The position numbers and the translations under genes were made by a program. DNA of 64,000 bases. Source: an uncultured virus (IMG/VR IMGVR_UViG_3300033075_001676). Lineage: Duplodnaviria; Heunggongvirae; Uroviricota; Caudoviricetes. Position 1 is the first letter of the stretch; each line of letters begins with the position of its first letter. Shown here in pieces: positions 21,322 through 32,611 of this stretch. The notes below the pieces were generated by a model, which had not been told where the DNA came from, did no database searches, and saw only the letters and a program-made list of their open reading frames with translations. The stretch is taken from IMG/VR virus record IMGVR_UViG_3300033075_001676, one strand, 5' to 3'.

Positions 21322-22704
21322 ATGGCAGATCCAAAAGTAAAATCGTCAATCAATAGAGCTACAGTAACTTTGACCCAAGCTGTAGCCGCATTGCAAGAAT
21401 CAATGAAAGCTGAAAAGCTTAAATCCGTCAGACTTGTACCCTACTTAGTAGGTGCTCCAGGCCAAGGTAAGTCTGCAATTGTAGATCAGTTTTGTACTGT
21501 TATGAATGCAGAAGGAATGAAATTATTCCAAGAACATCTAAATAATAATGTAGATGAACTTAAGGCATATAACAAGAAAAGTGAATATGAAAAGGAACTT
21601 GCCTATCAGCGAAGTGGTTTTGCGTGGGCTGTAGTGCATCTTCGATTAAGCCAGTGCGACCCTACTGACCTAAAGGGTGTTCCAGTTTTCCAGAATCATA
21701 AAGATTTGGAAGGCAAGGAAGTTGATGTTTGTTCATTTGCACCACCTCGACTCTTTCCTTTGCATGGAGTTCCGGAATCAGCAGATCGAGTAAATAAGAT
21801 TATCTTCTTAGATGAATTGGCTCAAGCTAATCCTACCATTCAGAATCTTGCTTCCAACATTATTGATGGCAAAGTTGGAGACTATGAACTAGACTTCAAC
21901 CGAACTTTCATTATTGCAGCTGGTAACCGAAAGGAAGATAAATCTGCAACTTTTGAAACTCCTCGAAACGTAATGAATCGAGTTTGTGAACTCCATGTAA
22001 CCACTACTTATGGAGAGTGGCAGGAATGGGCTATTCGCCAGAACCTTAACTCTTGGGTAATTGGTTTTCTTGAGCAGAACTCTAATATCTTTAATGAACC
22101 GGTTCCGGAGCGAAGTGGACCTTATGGCACTCCTCGAGCTTGGCATAAAGTTGCAGCTTTAGTTGATACTAATCCTGAGTTGTTCTTTATGAAGGATAAC
22201 TACCTAGCTCTTCAGATGTTGGTTGGTTTAGTAGGTCAGTCTTCTGCTATCAAATTCCACCAGTGGGTTTGCCAAGCTAGAGATAAGTATTCCCTAGATG
22301 CCATTATGGCTGGTAAAAAGGTTCCTTATCCAGATTCTTCTGAACGAGATACCTTGTTTGGGCTGATTATGGAAGCTACTTATAGAATTAATAATCTTAT
22401 TAAGCCTATTGTTAGCGCACCTAATTGGGTTAATTCCACTAGTACCGAAGAGCGAGATAAGATCTTGATTAAGGCTCTTGGAAAGACTGGAATTGCATCC
22501 ATTAACAATGTGTATAACTGGGTTGCCGATGGGCAGCGAGCTAGAGCTATTGATGCTGGGTTTGCTGTTCTACTTAACAAGTACCAGTCTGAAGAAATCA
22601 TCCGTTCTGGATTTAGAGCTTCTATGGTCACTTTGGATGAATTTAAGGTAGCAAAGGATTCCTACAATCATCTTGTTAAGTTGATGCAGAATCTGCAAAA
22701 GTAA
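21322..22704 (+). CDS. MoxR-like AAA+ ATPase
   Basis: GAPGQGKS, DPTDLKGVP, IFLDE, AAGNR, TPRAW. Confidence 0.9.
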   Translation: MADPKVKSSINRATVTLTQAVAALQESMKAEKLKSVRLVPYLVGAPGQGKSAIVDQFCTVMNAEGMKLFQEHLNNNVDELKAYNKKSEYEKELAYQRSGFAWAVVHLRLSQCDPTDLKGVPVFQNHKDLEGKEVDVCSFAPPRLFPLHGVPESADRVNKIIFLDELAQANPTIQNLASNIIDGKVGDYELDFNRTFIIAAGNRKEDKSATFETPRNVMNRVCELHVTTTYGEWQEWAIRQNLNSWVIGFLEQNSNIFNEPVPERSGPYGTPRAWHKVAALVDTNPELFFMKDNYLALQMLVGLVGQSSAIKFHQWVCQARDKYSLDAIMAGKKVPYPDSSERDTLFGLIMEATYRINNLIKPIVSAPNWVNSTSTEERDKILIKALGKTGIASINNVYNWVADGQRARAIDAGFAVLLNKYQSEEIIRSGFRASMVTLDEFKVAKDSYNHLVKLMQNLQK

Positions 22705-22726
22705 GTAAGAAAGAGAAAATAAATAA

Positions 22727-24115
22727 ATGAGTACTTCCAAAGTTCCGGCAAGTACTGCAACTGCAGGGGTAGAAGAGCAGAAGCCTAAGGTAATGGCTCC
22801 TACCCCTGAAGAAATTGCAGAAGTTTTTGATATGTATCAAGCTGTAGGAGCCCGTTTTATTATGGAGCATCCATTCTATGGGCAATTACTGCTTCAGCTT
22901 AAAATGACTCCAACCGGGGAAGAACTTCCAACAGCTGCTGTTAATTATAGAGATCTTTTTATTTGTGCTATTAATAAAGCTAGAAATGATAAGGTTCTTG
23001 ACTGGGTTCGACTTTCTGAAGTAGGTAGACGAACTGTATTAGCCCATGAAATTCTTCATTTGGTTTTTGAGCATTTAAGCACTCCTAAATCTTTTCACCC
23101 TCAAATTGCTAATATTGCAAAAGATGCGGTGATTAATAGATGTTTGCAACAGGACTCTGCTTTTAGTATGGATGAACTTCCAGTAGGTTGTGTTTATCCT
23201 AATAGAGAGCAGACTGGATTTACAGTTGGGCAAGGAAAAGATCAGCAGACCTTTACTTTTAAAGATTTTCCTAATATGGACTGGTTGCCTATTTATCAAG
23301 AGATGATGAAGCAACTTGAAGATAAAACTAAAGGAGATCGAGCAAAACTTGAAGAGCTTATTAAAGCTTTAGGTAAAGCTAATCCTATGGATGGTGATAC
23401 TGAAGGTGATGGTCGGTCAGAAGATGATCCTTCCCTCCAGCAAGAAGCTAATAGATTTAGAATTAGTGTTCAGAATGCGGCTGATAATGCTGTAAAGCAA
23501 AAAGGTACGGTTCCAGGCGAAGTTCAAAGAAATCTTGCAGCAATTCATGACGGGAAAATCTCTTGGCGAGAACAACTGAATAGATTGGTCATGACTGAAG
23601 TTAGTAGAGATGATTTTTCTACTAGACCTAATTCTCGAAGAGGACATTTAAGTGGGAATAGAAATAGACCTTTATATATGCCTCATCTTTGGAATGAGAC
23701 TATCGGAGATATTGTTCTAGTTCTTGACACTTCTGGTTCAATGAGTGATAAGGAGTTAGCTGCTGGACTTAGTGAATTCAAAAATATGCGAAACACTAAG
23801 CCCTTTAATGTTCACTTTATTACTTGTGATGCAAAAGTCTATGACTATAAAGTTGTAGATAAATGGGAAGAACCAGAGTGGGATAATTTCCCAAGAACTG
23901 GAGGTGGTGGTTCAAGTTTTGTTCCAGCATCTGAATTTATTGATCAGAAAATTGCTGAAGGTGAGGTAGATCCAATTTTGGTTGTCTTCTTTACTGATGG
24001 CTGGATCAATTTTGTTACAGAAAAACCAGAATATCCAGTAATTGTAGTTTCAACTCAGGCAAAGACTGATTATTTGCCAGATTATGCTACAATCATTCAT
24101 ATGGATGAAATTTAA
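22727..24115 (+). CDS. Metallopeptidase + VWA domain protein (DUF2201-like), MoxR partner
   Basis: HEILH, DTSGS MIDAS, GGGS, FTDG. Confidence 0.9.
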   Translation: MSTSKVPASTATAGVEEQKPKVMAPTPEEIAEVFDMYQAVGARFIMEHPFYGQLLLQLKMTPTGEELPTAAVNYRDLFICAINKARNDKVLDWVRLSEVGRRTVLAHEILHLVFEHLSTPKSFHPQIANIAKDAVINRCLQQDSAFSMDELPVGCVYPNREQTGFTVGQGKDQQTFTFKDFPNMDWLPIYQEMMKQLEDKTKGDRAKLEELIKALGKANPMDGDTEGDGRSEDDPSLQQEANRFRISVQNAADNAVKQKGTVPGEVQRNLAAIHDGKISWREQLNRLVMTEVSRDDFSTRPNSRRGHLSGNRNRPLYMPHLWNETIGDIVLVLDTSGSMSDKELAAGLSEFKNMRNTKPFNVHFITCDAKVYDYKVVDKWEEPEWDNFPRTGGGGSSFVPASEFIDQKIAEGEVDPILVVFFTDGWINFVTEKPEYPVIVVSTQAKTDYLPDYATIIHMDEI

Positions 24116-24125
24116 AAAATAAATA

Positions 24126-24809
24126 ATGAGTACAAGTACATTTGTTGATAGGGATATTTATATCTCTACTGATGTGGAAACTTCAGGCCCGGTTCCGGGC
24201 CTGTATTCCATGTTGAGTTTAGGAATGGTTGCTTATGATGCAACTGGAAAAGAATTGGGAACTTGGTATGGTAAATTTACCATGTTGCCCCAATCAGATT
24301 GGCATCTTGGTACCTTAAAGTGGTGGCAAGGATGGAAGAATGAATTGGCTGAAGCTACTTCAGATCAAGTTCAATGGCAACTTCAAAGTGAAAATTTTAT
24401 TCAATGGATTGAAAGTTGGAAAACTGGCTCCAATGATGTAGTTATGATGGCTAGTCCAGCTACTTTTGATGGTAGTTTTATTAATTATTATGGAGTTGGA
24501 GTAAGAGGAGACTTTAGTGGTTTGCCTTGGAAGCATAGATTCTTAGATATTAGAACCTATATTCATGCTGTCTTGAAGATGGGATTTAGGGCATCAATTG
24601 GTAAAAAATCATTAGAACTTTTAGAGTATACTGATACTAATCCAGCTCCACATATGCCAGTAGATGATGCTAGAGCTCAAGGTGAAATGTATTTTGCAGC
24701 TAGAAAGTTTAGAGAAGAGAAGTTATATAAGAAGTCAAGCACATGGGTAACTACAAAGGTAAATACACCCGGTCCGGTTTCTGGGACCAGAACTGTAGTG
24801 GGCCCTTAG
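24126..24809 (+). CDS. DEDDh 3'-5' exonuclease
   Basis: DVETSG, FD, HMPVDDA motifs. Confidence 0.85.
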   Translation: MSTSTFVDRDIYISTDVETSGPVPGLYSMLSLGMVAYDATGKELGTWYGKFTMLPQSDWHLGTLKWWQGWKNELAEATSDQVQWQLQSENFIQWIESWKTGSNDVVMMASPATFDGSFINYYGVGVRGDFSGLPWKHRFLDIRTYIHAVLKMGFRASIGKKSLELLEYTDTNPAPHMPVDDARAQGEMYFAARKFREEKLYKKSSTWVTTKVNTPGPVSGTRTVVGP

Positions 24810-25307
24810 AGTTAATTTATAATTTTTCTGGTTATGGTGTTACGAAAGGTCATTATATTAAATGTAATGCAATGAATGCTACGTTTAAATTATATAATAG
24901 TCAACCTTTGGATAGTTATAAATGGTCATCTTGGCATGTAGGAATGTACTATATTATTGCAGATAGAAGTGGCTTTTTATATGAGTGGGTAAATTTACAA
25001 CAAACTCCTTTTAAAGATCATACTAGAAAAAGAAAAGTATTAAGAACAATTGAATTAATGAGCCAAGCTCGGAGGATAAAATATGTTAGGAACTAAAATA
25101 TCTATTACATTTACAAAATTAATGATGAGTTTACTTAGATTAGGTAAAGGTTGTGACCATATTTGGGATCTTAAAGCCTTAGATTATCCTTATCAAAAAG
25201 GTTATGGAGTAGTATGTACTAAATGTGATTTTGTACTCCAAGATGGCCTTAAAAAAGATGTTGCCTCTAGAATTTTAAGAACTGAAAGGTTCAAAAATAG
25301 AGTCTAA
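24743..25307 (+). CDS. Hypothetical ORFs 24743..25096 and 25083..25307
   Basis: ORF track; the second has a CDH...CTKC zinc-binding-like motif. Confidence 0.55.
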
Positions 25308-25349
25308 AGATTTCCAGGTAACTGGAATAGTTAAGAGAAAAAACAAATA

Positions 25350-25787
25350 ATGCGAATGAAAAACAAGCAGAGCGCTCCTAAGACTACCCGAAAGTCTTCG
25401 GCAGCTCCTACGTCGACCAAGAGTAATAAGGTTGTTTCTAGTAAAACAGCTACTAAGCCAGTTGCCAAGGCAGCTCCTAGCACTGTTCAGAATACAATCA
25501 ATACTCCAACCACCCAAACAAATGCAGGGATGTATAATCCTGCTACCGTGTATCAGATCTTCCGAAACTATATGAAGCAAGGAACTAACTTTGAAACCAT
25601 TGGCAAGACCAAGTGGGCTATGATTCGAAGTGTAGTTGCCTGGCACTATAAGAATACGAAGGTTCAACTTAATGCAAGTGCATTTGGCCGAGCTTTGAAT
25701 GCAGCTAAGTCCAGTGGCAAGAGCATTGTTACTGATAGTATTGTAAAGGGCAAGGATCGGATCAACATTTATCGCACAAGCCGATAA
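25350..25787 (+). CDS. Basic protein with Lys/Thr/Ala-rich N-terminus, possible DNA-binding protein
   Basis: Low-complexity basic tail plus a small globular C-terminal domain. Confidence 0.65.
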   Translation: MRMKNKQSAPKTTRKSSAAPTSTKSNKVVSSKTATKPVAKAAPSTVQNTINTPTTQTNAGMYNPATVYQIFRNYMKQGTNFETIGKTKWAMIRSVVAWHYKNTKVQLNASAFGRALNAAKSSGKSIVTDSIVKGKDRINIYRTSR

Positions 25788-25791
25788 TTAT

Positions 25792-25819
25792 TTAGCCAGG
25801 CTAAATTTAGCCTGGCTAA
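25792..25819. repeat. Perfect 28-bp palindrome
   Basis: TTAGCCAGGCTAAATTTAGCCTGGCTAA. Confidence 0.95.
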
Positions 25820-25823
25820 TCTT

Positions 25824-25893
25824 GGGGAGATAGCTTAAAGAAAAGCAGTTTGGTAACTTTCGGTTGCTGGTTCGAGACCAGCTCTCCCTACCA
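25824..25893 (+). tRNA. tRNA-like RNA with a shortened anticodon arm (Thr GGT-like remnant)
   Basis: GGGGAGA/TCTCCCT, ACCA, GCTGG-TTCGAGA-CCAGC; arm AGTT-TGGT-AACT. Confidence 0.7.
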
Positions 25894-25899
25894 ATTTAT

Positions 25900-25975
25900 G
25901 CTGTCGTATTTTAAGACACTTAGAGAATAGCCTCGGTTGAGGCAGGTGAGGGTATAAGTCCCTTCGGCGGCTCCA
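25900..25975 (+). tRNA. tRNA-like RNA with a 4-nt loop in place of the anticodon loop
   Basis: GCTGTCG/CGGCGGC, TCCA, GCCTC-GGTT-GAGGC, T arm GAGGG-TATAAGT-CCCTT. Confidence 0.65.
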
Positions 25976-25978
25976 ATT

Positions 25979-26083
25979 CCCCGTGTAGGTTACAAAGACT
26001 ATGATTCAGTAGGTGGAACAATTAATAAGCGCCTCTACCACTGATAGTTTGAACAGGAAGTTCAATTCTTCCGACGGGGACCA
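25979..26083 (+). ncRNA. 105-nt tRNA-like RNA with an extended anticodon arm
   Basis: CCCCGT/ACGGGG, ACCA, GGAAG-TTCAATT-CTTCC; TCAGT-A-GGTGG...CTACC-ACTGA long arm. Confidence 0.65.
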
Positions 26084-26091
26084 ATATTAAA

Positions 26092-26277
26092 ATGAGTACT
26101 TTTTTATTAGTAGTATATCTTCTTGGAGTATTTGGGTTTTGGGTCCTTTTCACAGCTCTTCTAGGTAGCAACCCATGGCCAATTTGGAAGATAAAAGGTA
26201 CGGCTTTTTTGGGTGCAATACTTTGGCCTTTTATGGCTATTAGTATTTTTGTCAGATGCTACCTTAAAAATAAATGA
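26092..26277 (+). CDS. Small membrane protein
   Basis: Two hydrophobic segments. Confidence 0.65.
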   Translation: MSTFLLVVYLLGVFGFWVLFTALLGSNPWPIWKIKGTAFLGAILWPFMAISIFVRCYLKNK

Positions 26278-27035
26278 GTAATAAAGCTTTATATAATTTT
26301 CTGAAGCAACAGGTAGCTGAACAAAATGTTTGTTCTACTGGCTCTGAATTAATTGACAGAGTATACCAAATTCCCCTTAAATCTTGTACTTTAATAAGGA
26401 CTGAGCCTTATTCTGGAGGTACAGCTTTTTTACTTCAATTAACAGCTCAATTAACTCAGGAACATACTGTAGTTTATGCTGATGTTGGAGATGCCTTACT
26501 TTCTCATAGACTTTGGGGTGTTAATTTAGATAATCTTCAAATTATTAAACCTACTGAAGGGCTTGAAATTATTGAGGTAGCTAAAACTTTGAGCTTAAGA
26601 AATATTAAGCCAGTCTATATTTTAGATAACTTTAGCTTTATTCAGGATAACTATAGCTTAAAAAATAAGATTGGAACTTTAGCTAGAACTTTAAAAGATA
26701 TTGATCCAGAATGTACAATCATTGCTACCCAAAGAAAAGGTAACATTGATTCAGTTTGGAGCTCGGTTGTAGATCTAAAACATTCTAAGAATATTTATGA
26801 CAATAGTGGAGAAAATAATCTATTAGGTCATCTTGCAATTGTTGAGACTTTAAAAGGTAAGGCTGAAGTTTATATTGAGCATGTGACTGGAAGAATTTCT
26901 AAAGGTTTTGAAACTGCCACTCTTCTAGTTGAAAAAGGAAATAGTAAAGGTGGGGTGTTTGAAAGTGATGGAGTTAGAGCTAGAGGATTTTTTAACTTTA
27001 TAAAAGAGTATGACAATGCAGCCAAAAGTAATTAA
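26274..27035 (+). CDS. RecA-like protein with a degenerate Walker A
   Basis: STGSELID, VVYAD, GVNLDNL, YILD match RecA; P-loop reads TEPYSGGT (no Lys). Confidence 0.7.
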   Translation: MSNKALYNFLKQQVAEQNVCSTGSELIDRVYQIPLKSCTLIRTEPYSGGTAFLLQLTAQLTQEHTVVYADVGDALLSHRLWGVNLDNLQIIKPTEGLEIIEVAKTLSLRNIKPVYILDNFSFIQDNYSLKNKIGTLARTLKDIDPECTIIATQRKGNIDSVWSSVVDLKHSKNIYDNSGENNLLGHLAIVETLKGKAEVYIEHVTGRISKGFETATLLVEKGNSKGGVFESDGVRARGFFNFIKEYDNAAKSN

Positions 27036-30000
27036 TTGTGTTTTGAATAGCCCTATTGAAAGAATGAGGGGCGGAGATATTGTAGTTAGTGTTACCACAA
27101 CTTTAGAGGATAATGGTAAACAATATTCAATTAGTGGTTTTACTACTATTTCGGAGAATGCTGAGATTGGAAATGGTTTTAAATTAGCCTTCCAGAATAG
27201 TCTAGCTAATTTTGAAAATTTGATTAAGCCTTTTAATAGCACTAAAGTTATTAAAGTACTTTTAAAGGATCAGATTAATAAAATTGCAGAGGAAGCAATT
27301 ACAAAGAATCCTAATGTTAAAGAAGCTTTAGAAAGTCCAGCTAACCAAAATAAACAGAATGCTATTAATTTGGTTTGTGAGATTTTAGGTTTTCCTTCAA
27401 TTAATGTAATGGAAAACTATACTATGGTTGAGGCCCAAGCACTATTAACTGCTTTAGAAAGTCAGGCTAAACCATTAGAAGCTAAAGAATGATGGCTGAC
27501 ACATTTTGGGGCGATATCGAAAGATCTTGTCTTTGGAGATATAGAAGTGTTAGCTATTATAATCTTAGAAGTCAAGCTTGTCTTACTTTTTCTACTCAAA
27601 CTTTTTCCATTCACATAGAAAAACATAATTTTTATTCTCTAACATATATTTATTATAAACCTGAGTATTCAACTAAGTATTATGAAATAGTAGATAATCA
27701 AATAAAATGTTTATAGGTACTTTAATTAAATGTACTCCCTCTAAAAAAACTATAATTAAAGGCGTAAATTTTAATGTAGTTTATAATTATTTTGCTAGTA
27801 GTACTATAGATTTAACTCTTACTTATGGTTACCAACATTATTATATAGTATCTGAAGACTTTAGTATTAGAAATAAAATGATTAAGAATATTACTCCAAT
27901 TTATATATCTAGAGATCAATTAAAATCAGTAATGAATTCATTTCAACCTATAGTAGTTTAATGTTTAGATTTTCTAAAAAGGGTGTTTATATTCATCCAA
28001 GTAAAGTATTATATAAAGGTTGGAGTGTTTTATACAATCTTGAAGATTTGGCAGTATATGGGTGTTGTAATGGTTACAAGTACAGTGGCAGTTACTATGA
28101 TTGGTGGATGGTAAGAACATGGGCAAATTTTATTCTTGTTCCTAAACAAATTGTTAAAAATTATGTACCTAAAGAAAAATAGAAATGGCTAGTATTTGTA
28201 TTGTTGGAAAAGTTTTGGATCTAGGAATTGACAAGGCTACTATTTTAGATCTGAAAACTAGTGAAGAATTTGAGTGTACTCTAAATACTGAGGGGCTTGA
28301 GAAGAATCAAACTGGTTTATTTAGTGGAGATCTTATTAAAGGTAAGATTACAGTAAAATATATCCATTTAAAGAAGTTTTTAAATCCCTTATATGAACAA
28401 GATTTATTTTCTAGTGCTGGTAAGTATACTTTGATTCAACCAATTGAGGATCCATTTCCTGAAGAATGGGAGAAACTTAATGAATCCCTATAAGTTTACA
28501 GATTGGGGAATAGATAGTTATTTAGATCTCCATTCTATGTTTACCATTGATGTTAAAGAATTACCCCATGTAATAATGGGATTTTCTAGAACTCCTCTGG
28601 GCCCCCATATAATTATGAATGGTTTTGGGGCTGGAACAGTATATTACCCAGCTCATTCTGATAATTACTCTATGGTTTTAACGACTCCAAGAGCAAACAG
28701 CCCTACTTGGGAAGAGCCAATTAAAATAGAAATAATTCAAAGTAAATCTAAAATGTCATTATGTTATAATAACATTGAAGGATACAAAAATTTATGGAAC
28801 AAAAAAACAATATGATTAAATTTAATACAATTACAGTAAATCAAGTAGATTTAACTGAACTAGAGGATTTAATTCTTCAGCATTTTGATACTTATTTTGA
28901 CATTAGAAAAGATCAAACCAGCTTAGCAGGAAAAAATAAATTAATCTTAGTAGAGAAAAGAGAATTAACTTCTTTTGAAGAAGAGAAATTGATTAGTTGG
29001 AAAGGCTCTAACTATTCTCCCCTTTTTAGTAGGTCAAAGTCGGCTATGGTTTTAACTACCTTGTGTAATGCTGGTTTAATTCCAGAAGGGTATTTACTGA
29101 TCAGCGGAGCAGCTAATGATGAAGAGGAATGAGATTATTAAAGTACGATCCTTTTGAAGAAAGAGGATTAATTTATCTTTCTAAGAAAACTAGATATAAG
29201 TTTAAATTTAATGGCTATTGGGCTTGTCCCCAACGCATGTTTAAATTTTCTAAGGATAGAGGATTTGCTAATACTTGGACTTATGTTGCAATAGATGATG
29301 GTTATATTTTAGAGAAATTTTCTAAAGGTATCTAAATGTTCAAACCTAAAGTCAAATTACTTCGATATAATAGTTTTGAAAATTTATTAGAATTGACTCC
29401 TGGGGTTGTGCAATTCTCACTCAAAGCTTTTTGGCAATATGAGGAAATCATAGCTTATGATAAGTTTTTAGATTGGCGAAGGTTAATAACTATTGGAATA
29501 GGTAGAAGAGAATTTGGAATTGCATGGGAAGATATATCAGTTTTACAAGTTGGTAAGTATTTTAAACTTAAATGATTAAATATAATTGGAGTTTGTTAAA
29601 TTACTCTAAAGCAGAATATTTAGTTCCAGCTTATTTACATAATAATCATGTAATTTTTAAAGTTAGACTTTGGAAACTGAGTCCTGCTTATATAATGTGC
29701 GATAAACTACGAAGCTGGTTGAGACTGTATCAAATAACGCACCAGTCCCATTATGATTTTACTCAATGGGATAGCTGTAACAGTAAAGACTTAAAGAGAT
29801 TTAAAAATGTTTAAAACTAATTATAGTCTTTTAAGATATTCTGGCCAGACAGCTTATCTTTTCCCAGAAGAAATTCCAATTGTAGTTCAATTTAAAGTAA
29901 CTAAATTCTTAAACTATCAACATATTATTGGATATAATAAAACCCTTCAATGGAAGGCTGAACTCTCTACTGGAGAAGGCTGGATAGACCTTACTTACTC

Positions 30001-31345
30001 AAGTCTTAAAAAATATTTTAGAGAAGCTACCTTAAATGGAATTAATTAATAAAAGTATATTTAAACACCGTCAAACTTTTAATGTTGTAAACAATACAAT
30101 TATTAATAAAGTTTCTTTTACTACTGATGATTTATGGGAATTTTTCCAACTATGTTATCATGGTAGAAATGATGCTTTAGGTAGTAAAAGTGAAATTAAT
30201 AGAGAATTAATTGCCCAAAGAAAGAGATCTTTAATAGAAACTTTTCCTAAAATCCAACCTAATCAAGTTGAAATTTTTAATAATTTAGTTGTTAAATATA
30301 GCTTAGATGCAGTACTATTTGGAATTGAAGATTATACTGAAGTTTATAGTGTTTATGATCTAGATAAGTTAGAAATCTTTACTAAAAAAGCAGAAATTTT
30401 TTTAAATAAGAAAGAAATTAATGGCTAAAACATATTTCAGACATTGTCATGCCTATGAGGATTACAAATGGAATTATGGATGGGCTTTTTATAATTTAGA
30501 ATTTAACTATCTTAGTTTTAATAGACCTTGGAAAAGTACTCTTTCACATGGATGGCCTGATGTTATTTATTGGGTTGGTAGTTGGTCAACAGGAGATGAA
30601 TATTCTAAAGCACCATTAGAAAGAGTTTTTCAAATTATAGCCAAGAATGTTTAATACAAAATAAAATGTTTAATTATTTTCATTTCTACGAATATCTAGG
30701 CAAAACTAAATCTAGAATCGTAGTAAACAAACTATGTTCTTGGCATTTTCTTGAATCAGATTCTATAATAGTATTAAATTACTATAATCCTAATATACTG
30801 CCAGAACCTAGAACAAAAACACTTTCTGATTATTACTGGAGAATACCTTTATGATTAAATTTCTTTCATTTAGATATAATGATGAGAATTGGGGATTTAA
30901 ATTTAAAAACAAGTATAGAATTGTTTTTAATTATACAATAGATTCATTAAATTGCTTGATTTAACTGTTCCTCTTGATCTGTACTGGATTAGTGAATTTA
31001 CTGACCATTACAGTACTACTATTCGGAGTCGGCCTAGATATGAACTTTTGAGAGAACTTATAGCTTGTGCAAATGCCTAATACAGTTTATTTTTGTTCTT
31101 ATTATAATAATTTTCACTCACGTTATTCTGATAAGTTTTTATTTAGATATGATAATAATTTCATATGTTTTAATTATACTTTACAAGACTTAAGAAGGTT
31201 TAATTGGAAGATTCTTGGAATTAATAGGACAAATTATGATTTATATTGGACTAGTGTAATTTCTTTAGATGGGTCTAGAAAGACTGTTTATAATCCTGAG
31301 CGGCAACCATTAGTTCACAAATTTTTGAAATATGGAAGATCTTAA
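27010..31345 (+). CDS. Hypothetical ORFs, including small paralog arrays (27489-28182, 29129-30049, 30421-31345) and a possible OB-fold protein 28185..28493
   Basis: Shared LL(R/K/N)Y...VQF...Y(D/N)KxLxW motif among 29129, 29336, 29572 and 29807. Confidence 0.6.
30851..31080 (+). pseudogene. Frameshifted paralog of 31067..31345
   Basis: VFNYT in one frame and DLYW in another; both motifs are collinear in 31067. Confidence 0.6.
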
Positions 31346-31587
31346 AATAAAATTTCAAACTTATCCTGAAAATTGGAGAGATGATGGATATGTATTTAAA
31401 TACCTACATTATACAATTGTATTAAATTACAGTTTTTCATTTTTTTTTCCATCCTTCTAACAGGTTAGAAGATATTATACCATCAGAATTTTATTGTATA
31501 ACAAATCCTAAAATAAAACAATTTTTCTTGCCACAGAATGAGGTTCCTCAGCTTTTAACTGAATTTATTACTTATGCACAATCCTAA
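31332..31587 (+). pseudogene. Small ORF frameshifted at a T9 tract (31440-31448)
   Basis: Removing one T gives an intact 84-aa ORF ending ...LLTEFITYAQS*. Confidence 0.6.
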
Positions 31588-32611
31588 ACATTTTTTAAAA
31601 AAACTCACAAAAACTCAATCACAATTAGGTAAAAGAAAAGGACCTAATGTAATTTGGCTAAAAGAACATGAAGATGATTCTAAATTAGCTTACCCTGATC
31701 CTAAGTTTAAAGATGGAATTCCTACTTTAAGTAGAAGTCTTAATGACTTTGAAGAAGGGATTGCAGTTCTAGCAGGTAAAGCCAATAGTGGTAAATCTAC
31801 TTTAATTGTTAATATGATTCTAGATAGTCTAGAATTGAATCCAGATTTAATGGTTCTTGATTTTTCTTTTGATGATCCGATGCGAAAACGGTATCAGCAA
31901 TATATTGCCAGTAGAACTGGAATGCTGTATCAAGAGATTACCACTGACTCTAACTTAAGTCCTATAAAACTTAAGGCTAAAGAGAATGCAGATGCTCTTA
32001 TTTCTAGTTATTATGAAAATGATAGACTACGAACCTATGAAGCTGTTGAGTTTTTTGAAAATGAAGATGGTACACCTGGAATGCCAGTAGCTATTAGAAA
32101 ATTTGATAATATTTTTAGAATTTTTGAAGCAGCTAGAAAACAATATCCAGATAGAAAAATTGTTGCCTTCATTGATGCACTTAATAATCTAGATGCATCT
32201 GGAAAAGGAGATAGTGATCTTAATCAATTAAATTTTAGACTTGATCAACTTCAAGAAAAAAGCCAGACTTATGGAATTATGTGCTTTGTCTCAGCTCATA
32301 TGCGAAAAAGTACCGAAAGAAGAGCTGGAATTGATGATGTTAAAGGAACTACTAACTTAGGTTATAATGCAGTTTGGGTAGGGATTGTTAGAAATGAATA
32401 CCGAGAGAATCTATATAAGGAGCCCTTGATGTATGAAGATCTCAATGGTAAATGTTATCCTATTATTACCATTGAAATTCATAAAACTAAAGTTTCTGGT
32501 TGGGATTATGATTTATTTTATGGTTTAAAATCTACATCTTGTGGAATTTTATCATTAGAAAGACATGAATATCAAACAATGGCTACCGTCTACAATGGTA
32601 AGAGAAGTTAG
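31574..32611 (+). CDS. DnaB-like replicative helicase
   Basis: LAGKANSGKST, FIDALN, SAHMRK, DDVKGT, HKTK. Confidence 0.85.
   Translation: MHNPKHFLKKLTKTQSQLGKRKGPNVIWLKEHEDDSKLAYPDPKFKDGIPTLSRSLNDFEEGIAVLAGKANSGKSTLIVNMILDSLELNPDLMVLDFSFDDPMRKRYQQYIASRTGMLYQEITTDSNLSPIKLKAKENADALISSYYENDRLRTYEAVEFFENEDGTPGMPVAIRKFDNIFRIFEAARKQYPDRKIVAFIDALNNLDASGKGDSDLNQLNFRLDQLQEKSQTYGIMCFVSAHMRKSTERRAGIDDVKGTTNLGYNAVWVGIVRNEYRENLYKEPLMYEDLNGKCYPIITIEIHKTKVSGWDYDLFYGLKSTSCGILSLERHEYQTMATVYNGKRS

Noticed and set aside
25979..26083. tmRNA
   Set aside because: No G3.U70 alanine determinant, too short, no tag ORF
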